The notes below the pieces were generated by a model. It was given only the letters and a program-made list of their open reading frames with translations. It ran no database searches and was not told the DNA's origin. Shown in pieces: positions 28,804-36,727 of a stretch of DNA of 64,000 nucleotides. Each line of letters starts with the position of its first letter. Positions within the stretch are counted from its first letter, which is position 1. Origin of the DNA: an uncultured Methanosarcinales archaeon (GTDB lineage Archaea > Nanobdellota > Nanobdellia > Woesearchaeales > ARS49); contig CAYGVI010000003.1 of NCBI GenBank assembly GCA_964353335.1, positions 263,085-327,084 of the forward strand, read 5' to 3'. The position numbers and the translations under genes were made by a program.

Positions 28804-28859
28804 CTTTTTTCAGACCAGCTGACTTCAGTCAGCGCTGCATGAAAAAGGTTTAATCCTTC

Positions 28860-29339
28860 TTACGCGAGCTTCTTTTGCACTGCCGGCTTTGGCGCAGATG
28901 GTTTTGCCGCTGGCTTATTTTCTGCAGGTGCTTTTACTGCAGCAGTATTTGCGGGTGCTGCGGCCGGTGCCTTAGGAGCTGCTGCGTTGGCAGGAGCCTT
29001 TGCAGCCGCTGGCTTTGCTGCTGCTTTTGGAGCAGCAGTTTTTCCTGCGAGCTTGCTCTTCCTTGCCTTTCTTGGGCGCAGTGCCTTCTTTGGCTTTGTC
29101 TTGGGCGCGAACACGCCATAGCCTGCTGCCTCAAATGCCTTGGCAACCTGCTCGTGGCTTGCCCCTTTTTTTATGTCAAGAACTTTGTCAAGCGGCTCGA
29201 TGTGGAGTATGTTGCACTTTCTCCTCCTTGTCTCGCCGTCTATGAGCACGAAATTGTCATCAATGATATCAACTACAACGCATTTCAGCCCTGCGTCTCT
29301 TCCTGCTATTTTTACGCACAATCTTCCGATTTCAATCAT
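28860..29339 (-). CDS. rpl14e: Ribosomal protein L14e (KOW fold) with Lys/Ala/Pro-rich C-terminal extension
   Basis: 159 aa; 'MIEIGRLCVKIAGRDAGLKCVVVDIIDDNFVLIDG' is the L14e core, followed by a ~75-aa 'KPKKALRPRKARK...AAPKAAAKPAAAKAP...' histone-H1-like tail. Confidence 0.75.
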   Translation of the reverse strand: MIEIGRLCVKIAGRDAGLKCVVVDIIDDNFVLIDGETRRRKCNILHIEPLDKVLDIKKGASHEQVAKAFEAAGYGVFAPKTKPKKALRPRKARKSKLAGKTAAPKAAAKPAAAKAPANAAAPKAPAAAPANTAAVKAPAENKPAAKPSAPKPAVQKKLA

Positions 29340-29389
29340 TTTGTTCCTCCGCTCTCCTCAAGGGAATTCGTCACCGAGATTCCAAGAGC

Positions 29390-29656
29390 TTACATTCTTG
29401 CTTGTTCGATTATTTTGCGGCGCATGCATTGAGAACACAGCACGCCGCCATAAGGCCTTTCAGGCCTCTTCTGGCTTTTGGGCATTGAGTGCAAAGCGCG
29501 CGGAATAACAGCCTTTGAACCGTGCAGCACATTGCCGCAGCTGGCGCAGTGTGGCCTGCTTTTCTTGCGCACCTTGTAATGTATGACGTTCCTTCCGCCA
29601 GGTGTGCGTACGAATACGCGCCTGAACGTCCTTGAACGCTTCTTGCCTTCAACCAT
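29390..29656 (-). CDS. rpl34e: Ribosomal protein L34e
   Basis: 88 aa; 'RRVFVRTPGGRNVIHYKVRKKSRPHCASCGNVLHG...GGVLCSQCMRR' zinc-ribbon L34e. Confidence 0.85.
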   Translation of the reverse strand: MVEGKKRSRTFRRVFVRTPGGRNVIHYKVRKKSRPHCASCGNVLHGSKAVIPRALHSMPKSQKRPERPYGGVLCSQCMRRKIIEQARM

Positions 29657-29714
29657 AAGCTGGAACTTCCAGAGGGGTATTTAAAAAGGTTTCGGAGTAT
29701 ATTTAATAGGTCTG

Positions 29715-30572
29715 GTGCGTCCTGGGTTTTCTATGGTTGTACTTGTGAGATATGCTGAAATCGGGATAAAGGGCAAAAACCGTGATAAGTTTGAGCACGC
29801 CCTTGTCGCATGCATAGAGCGCAGCCTGCGCAAGCATGATGTAAAATTCTCAAAAGTCCGCAGGATGTACGGCAGGATTTGCATCGAGACAGATGACCCC
29901 TGCCCGTGCCTGAAGCATGTTTTCGGAATTGCCTCTTTCTCATTCGCAATTCCAACTGGAAAAACCATTGAGGAGGCATTTGCAGCCTCAAAGCAGCTTG
30001 TCGCAAAGCTGTCTGAAAACGATTCTTTCCGTGTTTCCTGCCAGCGGCTTGACAAAAAATTTGCACTTAAGTCACAGGAGGTCTGTTCCAAGCTGGGTGA
30101 AATGCTAAGGGCTGTGACAAAGGCAAAAGTAAAAATGGAAAAGCAGACGGTTGATGTCGCCCTTGAAATAATTGAGGGCACAATTTATCTGCTCACCGGC
30201 AGGACAGAAGGCCCTGGCGGAATGCCCATCGGCTCTGAAGGCAAAGTCATTGCGCTTATCGAGGATGATTCTTCAGTCCTTGCAGCCCTGCTGATTATGA
30301 AGCGCGGCTGTGAAATTATTCCTGCAATGCTCAAGGAAACTGATTTGTCCCTGCTGAAAGAGTTTGCCTGCGGCCAGGAGATAAAGCCATGGCACATAAG
30401 CGCAATTAATGAGATTGATGAAATCGCTGAAAAGCGCAAGGCATTGGCAGTTGTGATTAATGACACGTTTGAAAAAATACGCAGCATTGACCTGAAGTTG
30501 CTTGTGCTCAGGCCGCTTTCAGGATTAACAGGAGATGAAATTGCAAATGAGAGAAATGCAATGCAGTGTTGA
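29715..30572 (+). CDS. ThiI-like THUMP-domain protein with degenerate PP-loop (truncated ThiI paralog)
   Basis: 285 aa; the N-terminus 'VVLVRYAEIGIKGKNRDKFE' matches the ThiI N-terminal ferredoxin-like/THUMP region. 'GKVIALIEDDSSVLAALLIMKRGCEI' aligns with the ThiI PP-loop 'SLLSGGxDSPVA..LMMKRGVEV', but SGGxDS is replaced by EDDSSV; the protein ends ~100 aa later. Confidence 0.6.
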   Translation: MRPGFSMVVLVRYAEIGIKGKNRDKFEHALVACIERSLRKHDVKFSKVRRMYGRICIETDDPCPCLKHVFGIASFSFAIPTGKTIEEAFAASKQLVAKLSENDSFRVSCQRLDKKFALKSQEVCSKLGEMLRAVTKAKVKMEKQTVDVALEIIEGTIYLLTGRTEGPGGMPIGSEGKVIALIEDDSSVLAALLIMKRGCEIIPAMLKETDLSLLKEFACGQEIKPWHISAINEIDEIAEKRKALAVVINDTFEKIRSIDLKLLVLRPLSGLTGDEIANERNAMQC

Positions 30573-31536
30573 AGCGCCTGAAAAGGCTGCCTGGACACGG
30601 GACGATGCAAAGTTTGCCAATGACTTTGAGAAAAAAGTCAGCAAGACCATAACGCAGTACGGGCTCCTGTCAAAAAATGAGAAAATAATTGTTGCAGTCA
30701 GCGGCGGAAAAGACAGCACTGCAATCCTGCACATCCTGAAAAAGCTCGGCTATCCTGTTGAGGCAGTAACTGTTGACGCCCACATCGGCTGTTACACAGA
30801 GGAGAACCTGAAAAATCTTCGGGCGACGTGCAAAAAGCTCAATGTGAAGCTGCACGAGGTGCCTTTCAGGAAAGTTTTTGGCGCCTCATTGTGCTACATC
30901 CGGGATTATTTGAAGGAAAAAGGCCACAATTTCAAGTCCTGCACTGTCTGCGGCGTCCTGAGGCGGTATTTGCTGAACAAAAAGGCAAAAGAACTCAGGG
31001 CAGACAAGCTTGTCCTCGGCCACAATCTTGATGATGAAGCCCAGTCTGTTATGATGAATCTGCTAAAGAACCGCCCGGAGCTAAACGCAAGGCTTGGGCC
31101 CAAGGTTGACATGTCGGAAACCGCGAAGGTTTCCGAGCATGCTCAAGAACACGCCGCGGGCTTCAGCCCGGCGGTTCTTGACAGTGTCAAGGACAAAAAA
31201 TTTGTGCCGCGGGTAAAGCCTTTTTACAATATCCGCGAGGATGAGATTGTCCGTTACTCAAGGCTTATGGAGTTTCCTGTCAAGTACACGCGGTGCCCGT
31301 GCTCTGTTGAGGGCTTCAGGAGCGCTGTGAGGAATTTCCTGACTGATTTTGAGCAGGTTCAGCCGGGAATCAAGGAGAATGTTGTCAAAAGATTCCTTTT
31401 ACAGAGGGAAAAACTGCAGAAGCGCTATGCAAAAGGAAAGCATGCATTTTGCGCCCAATGCGGTGAATTCTCAAGCGGAAATGTCTGCAAGGCGTGCACT
31501 TTACTCGGGCTGCTGCACAAGCCTTTGAAGTCCTAG
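30535..31536 (+). CDS. PP-loop ATPase of the TtcA/TtuA (Ncs6) tRNA 2-thiolation family
   Basis: 333 aa; intact PP-loop 'VAVSGGKDSTAIL', Fe-S-type cysteines 'CTVCG...RCPCS', C-terminal zinc finger 'CAQCG...CKAC'; overlaps the upstream ThiI-like gene by ~38 nt. Confidence 0.7.
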   Translation: MKLQMREMQCSVEAPEKAAWTRDDAKFANDFEKKVSKTITQYGLLSKNEKIIVAVSGGKDSTAILHILKKLGYPVEAVTVDAHIGCYTEENLKNLRATCKKLNVKLHEVPFRKVFGASLCYIRDYLKEKGHNFKSCTVCGVLRRYLLNKKAKELRADKLVLGHNLDDEAQSVMMNLLKNRPELNARLGPKVDMSETAKVSEHAQEHAAGFSPAVLDSVKDKKFVPRVKPFYNIREDEIVRYSRLMEFPVKYTRCPCSVEGFRSAVRNFLTDFEQVQPGIKENVVKRFLLQREKLQKRYAKGKHAFCAQCGEFSSGNVCKACTLLGLLHKPLKS

Positions 31537-32259
31537 AAGCTCAGCGCGGGTTAGTTCCCTGTACCCTCCTGATGGCAAATCCCTGAGGGAAATGTTTGCA
31601 ATCTGGGTCCTCTTCAAACGCGCGACAGTGTAGCCGAGCTTTTTGAAAATAATCTTGACAATGTGCTTCATTCCCTCGTGCAGCGCAATCTCAATGTGTG
31701 ACGGCGTGTGCAAAACCACTTTGTCAGTTATCACCAGGTGCCTTCCCAAGCGTATTCCCTTTTTCAGCCTGCGCACGTCCTTGCGGTCAATCTCCCCTGT
31801 CAATGTGATGTGATAAGTTTTTTCTGTCTCATACCGCGGGTGCATAAGCCTGTTCGCGAGCTCGCCGTCATTTGTCATCAGGATTAACCCTTCTGCATCG
31901 CGGTCAAGCCTTCCGACAGGATACACGCGCGCGCCAGGCGGCACAAGCTGCATCACAGTTGGCCTTCCCTCAGGGTCAGAAACAGTGCTGACGACTCCGC
32001 GTGGCTTGTTGATGACAAAATATTTTTTTACCTCAGGCTTCCTGATTCTCGCGCCATCTACGCGTATATCGTCAAGCTCTATGTCTGCCTGGTCGCCCAG
32101 CTTGATAGTCTTGCCATTGACAATGACCTTTCCTGCAGCGATAATCTCCTCGCATTTTCTTCGCGAGGCAATCCCCGCCCTTGCCATTATTTTCTGCAAT
32201 CTTTCTCGCATAAGTGCTGATTTAATGCGAATGTTTATATAATTATGGTCGGTAAACAA
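31501..32259 (-). CDS. Pseudouridine synthase, RsuA/RluB family (S4 domain plus catalytic domain)
   Basis: 252 aa as tracked (true start may be the internal 'MRERLQKIMARAG'); S4 domain 'RLQKIMARAGIASRRKCEEIIAAGKVIVNG', catalytic 'YFVINKPRGVVSTVSD' and 'GRLDRDAEGLILMTNDG'. Confidence 0.75.
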   Translation of the reverse strand: MFTDHNYINIRIKSALMRERLQKIMARAGIASRRKCEEIIAAGKVIVNGKTIKLGDQADIELDDIRVDGARIRKPEVKKYFVINKPRGVVSTVSDPEGRPTVMQLVPPGARVYPVGRLDRDAEGLILMTNDGELANRLMHPRYETEKTYHITLTGEIDRKDVRRLKKGIRLGRHLVITDKVVLHTPSHIEIALHEGMKHIVKIIFKKLGYTVARLKRTQIANISLRDLPSGGYRELTRAELLGLQRLVQQPE

Positions 32260-32264
32260 AATTC

Positions 32265-32852
32265 ATGATTGACATTGTGTTTCCTGAGAAAAACGAGCAG
32301 GAATTTTTTGAAATGGCAAAAAAGCTCGGCTACAAGGGGCTTGTGCTTGTTTATCCCTCGCCTGCTGCTGCGAAAAGCGCGCCGAAGGCGCCTGCAGGGC
32401 TGAGTGTCAGGGCTGCTGTTCTTGCTGAGCCAAAAAAAGCATTTCAGCTGAGAAGCCAGGGCATACTGACTTTTGTGCAGTGCTCTGACCAGGACCGCGC
32501 TGTGCTCGAAAGGGGTTCTGCAGATGTGCTTTTCGGGGCAGAGAGCACAATGCCAAAGGATTACATGCACCAGCGCGGCTCAGGATTAAACCACGTGATG
32601 TGTGAGCTCGCGAAAAAGAATAATGTCACGATTGGATTCAGCTTTGCAGGCATACTCGCCTCAAGCCAGCGCTCGCAATTGCTCGGCAGGATATCGCAGA
32701 ACATAGTCCTCTGCAGGAAATATAAGGTCAGCACAGTCATTGCTTCATTTGCAAAAGACCCGTGGAAAATGCGCTCTCCGCATGACCTTGCCTCTTTTTT
32801 CACAGTACTTGGAATGCATCCCTCTGAGGCAAAAAGCGCATTAAAATTCTAG
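32265..32852 (+). CDS. rnp3: RNase P protein component 3 (Rpp30/Rnp3, TIM-barrel)
   Basis: 195 aa; 'GLNHVMCELAKKNNVTIGFSF...KYKVSTVIASFAKDPWKMRSPHDLASFFTVLGM' aligns closely with archaeal Rpp30 (PhoRpp30 '[21 protein letters not shown]...[33 protein letters not shown]'). Confidence 0.75.
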   Translation: MIDIVFPEKNEQEFFEMAKKLGYKGLVLVYPSPAAAKSAPKAPAGLSVRAAVLAEPKKAFQLRSQGILTFVQCSDQDRAVLERGSADVLFGAESTMPKDYMHQRGSGLNHVMCELAKKNNVTIGFSFAGILASSQRSQLLGRISQNIVLCRKYKVSTVIASFAKDPWKMRSPHDLASFFTVLGMHPSEAKSALKF

Positions 32853-33235
32853 CTAGAGGTCTCAAAAACTACAGATACTTTTCCAATCTCTGCCTGTTTG
32901 AGGCATTCCTCAGTATTTGTGGAATTGCTGCACTCAGAGATTGTCTTGCATTCTGGAAGGTCTGGCTGTTCACTGCACGGGATTAGCTCTTCTCTGGGGC
33001 CTGTTACTGCTTCAAAGCATTTCTGCAAATCCGCAATGCCTTCTTCGCCCGGTGCAATATTTTGCTCGCATTTCAGGAGTTGTTTTTCTTCCCTTATGCA
33101 CGCACTTTTGTCAGGGGTGGTTTCACATTCCTTGATTCTGGCTTCGTCAAGCTTTGGCTGGCTTTGCCAATATAGAATTGCTACTGCAGCAACCACCACA
33201 AGAAGGATTACCGCGATTAAAATGCCTCTTTTCAT
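32849..33235 (-). CDS. Small membrane-anchored/secreted Cys-rich protein (hypothetical)
   Basis: 128 aa; N-terminal TM/signal 'ILIAVILLVVVAAVAILYW', then 8 Cys in a Glu/Lys-rich domain. Confidence 0.4.
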   Translation of the reverse strand: MKRGILIAVILLVVVAAVAILYWQSQPKLDEARIKECETTPDKSACIREEKQLLKCEQNIAPGEEGIADLQKCFEAVTGPREELIPCSEQPDLPECKTISECSNSTNTEECLKQAEIGKVSVVFETSS

Positions 33236-33278
33236 GGCTTAAAAAAACGCCCTTTGGTTTATAAGCCTTTTCATCATG

Positions 33279-33405
33279 TCGGAAACCGCTTGTCAAGCAT
33301 TTTAGAGGATAGAGGCGGTTTCCGAGACTTGGGAATTGAAGATTCCCAAGTTCATCGACAATCCGAGATTGTCGAGACGTGCTCAAGAACCAGCGGGTTC
33401 TTGAC
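33279..33405. repeat. Conserved multi-hairpin intergenic element, copy B
   Basis: Hairpins GTCGGAAACCGC...GCGGTTTCCGAG and ACTTGGGAAT-TGAAG-ATTCCCAAGT, then 'TCATCGACAATC-CGA-GATTGTCGAGA', then AAGAACC-AGCGG-GTTCTT. The core is shared with copy A (16547-16617), with compensatory changes in the first stem. Confidence 0.35.
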
Positions 33406-33442
33406 ATAAAGTTTAAATACTCTCGTCTGTAAAATCCTCTGC

Positions 33443-35512
33443 ATGGGAAAAAAGAGGTTGTTGGCGCTAATTACATTTCTGGCTCTCCTAGGCGCATCTG
33501 CAGCAGCAGGCGCTACTATTGCGGGATACGCTGAAGAATATGTCTATACAAACCCCGGCTGCATCCCTTTTTGTTTTGGGAATAACAAAACATATGACCT
33601 TGGCGGAACATTTCAGGTTTTTGAAGCGACCAAAGTGGGTGGCCACCAGAATCATGAGGCAGAGTGGTTTGACGGCGGGCTTGCGCTCTTTGTTGGCAAC
33701 ACCCAGACCACGAGCTGGTACTTTTTGGGGGCTGCAAACCGCCCTCTGCAGACATTTTACCATGATTTTAACGGCTCATATGCAGACCGCGTTGTTGCCT
33801 GTGGCTGCAGTTATGACTACCACCAGAGCACCCACCCTTTTTCAATAGAATACAACAGGAATTTCTTTGTCAGAAGGACCAGTGTATTAGACGACCCAAA
33901 CGAGCCGCTCGGTGAGGCTGGAAGCTTCTTTACCAAGTTTTCAAACCTGACAAATGACTCAGGATGGAGGATAAGAGTGAATGCTGCCAGCCCCAACTCA
34001 ATGGTTTGGCTTGGTGACGAGGAAAGCTACACCACGCATGAAACCTCTGATTTGACTGCTAAAGTGTATGGCTGCGCAGACACAAACAAAAACCAAATCT
34101 GCGATGTTAGAGAGCCGAGCTTTATGTTATGCAATGATGTAGGCGGCGACTGGTACGATGACTTGTGTTGCGGAACAAACTATACAGAAGGATATGTCAA
34201 GTCAGAACCCATAAATATCACCCAGATTTGTGTTCAAAGCACTTATGCAGGATCCTGCACTCGTTATGCCGATGTTGTGCACAACAAGAGCATTAATGCC
34301 ATTTGCGGAAAGACTGCTGAAGGAAAATGGAAATGGGCTCCGCTTGATGAGGTTGGTGAAGTTTTTGACCTTCTCGGCTGGCCAAATGCATCTGTTGTTT
34401 CTGACGGAACAAACCTTTACAGCTGTGGAAACCAGATTGAAAACTACTCAGTACCGTCTGATGTTTACTCGGTGTGCTTAAAAACAGAAAGGCAACGGAC
34501 TGCAAAGGGATATGAGGATGTTTGCGTCAAGTACCAGTATTTGTGGAGACACACACAAATCATCAACAGCCCTGCAACAACCCTGTTTGGGCAATTCATC
34601 AGTGTCGCTGTCGGCAGTGCAACTCACATGTATTCCTGCAAGGACAAGGTTGTTTACGAATGCTCTGGCAAGACAGGGCCTTTCTCAACAAACAATGGCG
34701 CTGAGATGGGCACAACAAACCCGAGCTTTACTAATGAAACATTTTACTGCGCCTCTGACGCTGACTGGACATCTGACCTTGACATAAAGGACGATGAGAG
34801 CTGTGAGGCAGCAGGATTTTCATGGACAGGCTCGCGCTGCTGCAGCGAGGCAGATGACACTTCAGAATACTACAATGACCCCAAGTTCCCGAATGCAACA
34901 GGCGGCTGCTGGAACAAGATGTTTGTCAGGTCAGGCGATTATGCAGTAACTGACAGGATTCTCAACTACAAGGGCAAATTCTTCGGCTGCAGACTCAGCC
35001 TGATAAATGATGCCATCCTGCTTAATATCAAGGATTATCACCTGGATAACCTGCTTATTGACAACAGCATAACCCCTTGCGGCGCGGTGCTTATGGATGC
35101 CCAGCCAGGCGGAATGCCGCACGCAAAATGCCAGCCGAACGGCGAGTGGATGTTTACTGACGAGCCTGGCGGAGTAATCAACAAGAGCATAAAGTGGGCA
35201 GGCCTTGTCGGTCCGGGAATAGCATTGTCAGGCTGCTGCGCTCCAGACCAGTGCTGGAATGGCACAAAATGCCAGAAGCTCGGGACTTATTACAGGCTTG
35301 GCGAAGAGGGTTTCATTTGCAAGATGCTGCCGCCAACTTCAACGCCAGAACCGCCTACATCAGAAATATGTCACCACAACAATGATTGTCCCACGGGGCA
35401 ATACTGCGCAGATCAGGAGTGCATCAGTGGCTCGCTTCCAGATACCTGCGCTAACAATAATGCGTGTCCTTCGGGATATCACTGCCAACAACACGAATGT
35501 GTTGAAGAGTAA
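33443..35512 (+). CDS. Large secreted Cys-rich protein (hypothetical surface protein)
   Basis: 689 aa; Sec signal 'MGKKRLLALITFLALLGASAAAG'; >50 Cys; C-terminus carries two 'NxCPxGxxCxxxxC' knots. Confidence 0.6.
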   Translation: MGKKRLLALITFLALLGASAAAGATIAGYAEEYVYTNPGCIPFCFGNNKTYDLGGTFQVFEATKVGGHQNHEAEWFDGGLALFVGNTQTTSWYFLGAANRPLQTFYHDFNGSYADRVVACGCSYDYHQSTHPFSIEYNRNFFVRRTSVLDDPNEPLGEAGSFFTKFSNLTNDSGWRIRVNAASPNSMVWLGDEESYTTHETSDLTAKVYGCADTNKNQICDVREPSFMLCNDVGGDWYDDLCCGTNYTEGYVKSEPINITQICVQSTYAGSCTRYADVVHNKSINAICGKTAEGKWKWAPLDEVGEVFDLLGWPNASVVSDGTNLYSCGNQIENYSVPSDVYSVCLKTERQRTAKGYEDVCVKYQYLWRHTQIINSPATTLFGQFISVAVGSATHMYSCKDKVVYECSGKTGPFSTNNGAEMGTTNPSFTNETFYCASDADWTSDLDIKDDESCEAAGFSWTGSRCCSEADDTSEYYNDPKFPNATGGCWNKMFVRSGDYAVTDRILNYKGKFFGCRLSLINDAILLNIKDYHLDNLLIDNSITPCGAVLMDAQPGGMPHAKCQPNGEWMFTDEPGGVINKSIKWAGLVGPGIALSGCCAPDQCWNGTKCQKLGTYYRLGEEGFICKMLPPTSTPEPPTSEICHHNNDCPTGQYCADQECISGSLPDTCANNNACPSGYHCQQHECVEE

Positions 35513-35527
35513 GCATAAAAAAGAGGA

Positions 35528-36727
35528 ATGATGGGAATGAAATGGGTTTGGGCATTGGTATTTTTGATACTTGCAGTTCTGCCATTTGTTGCCGCAGAAG
35601 ACCAGGCTGACTGGTTCGCAATTCCGATACGCTACTCTTGGGACCTGTCAATGGGAGGCTCTTGCACAAACAGCACCCAGTGCCTCATACACCTGCTTGG
35701 AAACGACACTTATGACGGCGACATACAAAGATACTTCAAGCAGTTGGACACCCCTGGGCTCGGTCCGAGGTGCGCAAACAATTCGCAGTACATACTTGAT
35801 TATTCCTGCGATGCAGGAAACTGGACAACCCGCACAAAATACCTTGCGCTTTACCTCCTGAAATATGCCGAGGCAAATTCAGCAGGCGCATTCACGCTTT
35901 ACTGTGACACTTATGAGCGCGTGCTGAACCAGTTCAGTTATTATGTGAAGAACGTGCTTGTGTCTGATTATTTCCAAAATGCCTGTGTCATTCAGGGAAA
36001 GACTGTTCCCTGCATTAACAAAATCTGCGTGCTGAGAACACCCCAGGTTGTCGCAATCGGAACCACAATCAATGGGCCAATCAATGACCCTGCCCGCTCA
36101 TTCCTGATTGCGCTGAATGAAAGCCCTTCATTGTGCGACGGCCACGATGCTGAGCACGGAACTGATTTCACAAAATGCGAAGCTGAAAAGCCTGTTTGGT
36201 ATAACCCCTCATTGCAGGCTGTTGTCTGGCTTTCTGCAGGCTCTCTTGCACCGCCAACAGCAGACACCAGGACAAAAATCACAACGCCAATGAGCAGCAT
36301 GAGCTCTTATGTGATGAATGTCCTGCACAATGAGGCAAAGTCTGGGATGAATTTCATTTATTTCCCGCGCACAAGATTGTTCAACCACATTTATGTTGCG
36401 CAGAACGGCCCAAGGGGGATATTTGGCTTCCTTGAGGCAGGCTTGCGCCCAGAGTACACGCTCCTGCCTGATAATGAGTCAGAGCCAATCCCGCTTGACT
36501 ACATCGGCGTGCGTTACACAGGAATAGAGCTGTATGAAACCAGCAACCTCACCTGCCTGAATCTCATAAAGAAGTATGACACCAATGCATTCTGCGAAAA
36601 CCAGACAGCAACAGGATTCAATGTAATCGCAAGGCACCGCTGCGAGCCGGGCTATGAGGATAAATGCAAGGGCGCAAGCCCGATTGTGGGAGTATGGCCT
36701 GCCTTGGCAGGAAAGCTGAGGCCATGA
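35528..36727 (+). CDS. Secreted Cys-containing protein (hypothetical)
   Basis: 399 aa; signal 'MKWVWALVFLILAVLPFVAAE'; multiple N-x-S/T sequons. Confidence 0.5.
   Translation: MMGMKWVWALVFLILAVLPFVAAEDQADWFAIPIRYSWDLSMGGSCTNSTQCLIHLLGNDTYDGDIQRYFKQLDTPGLGPRCANNSQYILDYSCDAGNWTTRTKYLALYLLKYAEANSAGAFTLYCDTYERVLNQFSYYVKNVLVSDYFQNACVIQGKTVPCINKICVLRTPQVVAIGTTINGPINDPARSFLIALNESPSLCDGHDAEHGTDFTKCEAEKPVWYNPSLQAVVWLSAGSLAPPTADTRTKITTPMSSMSSYVMNVLHNEAKSGMNFIYFPRTRLFNHIYVAQNGPRGIFGFLEAGLRPEYTLLPDNESEPIPLDYIGVRYTGIELYETSNLTCLNLIKKYDTNAFCENQTATGFNVIARHRCEPGYEDKCKGASPIVGVWPALAGKLRP

Noticed and set aside
29715-31536. The ThiI-like gene and the downstream PP-loop gene read as a single ThiI split by a frameshift
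   Set aside because: The downstream gene has its own complete PP-loop (SGGKDS) and TtuA-type Cys motifs. The upstream gene separately contains a degenerate copy of the ThiI PP-loop. A simple frameshift of one ThiI cannot give two PP-loop regions, so they are distinct genes.
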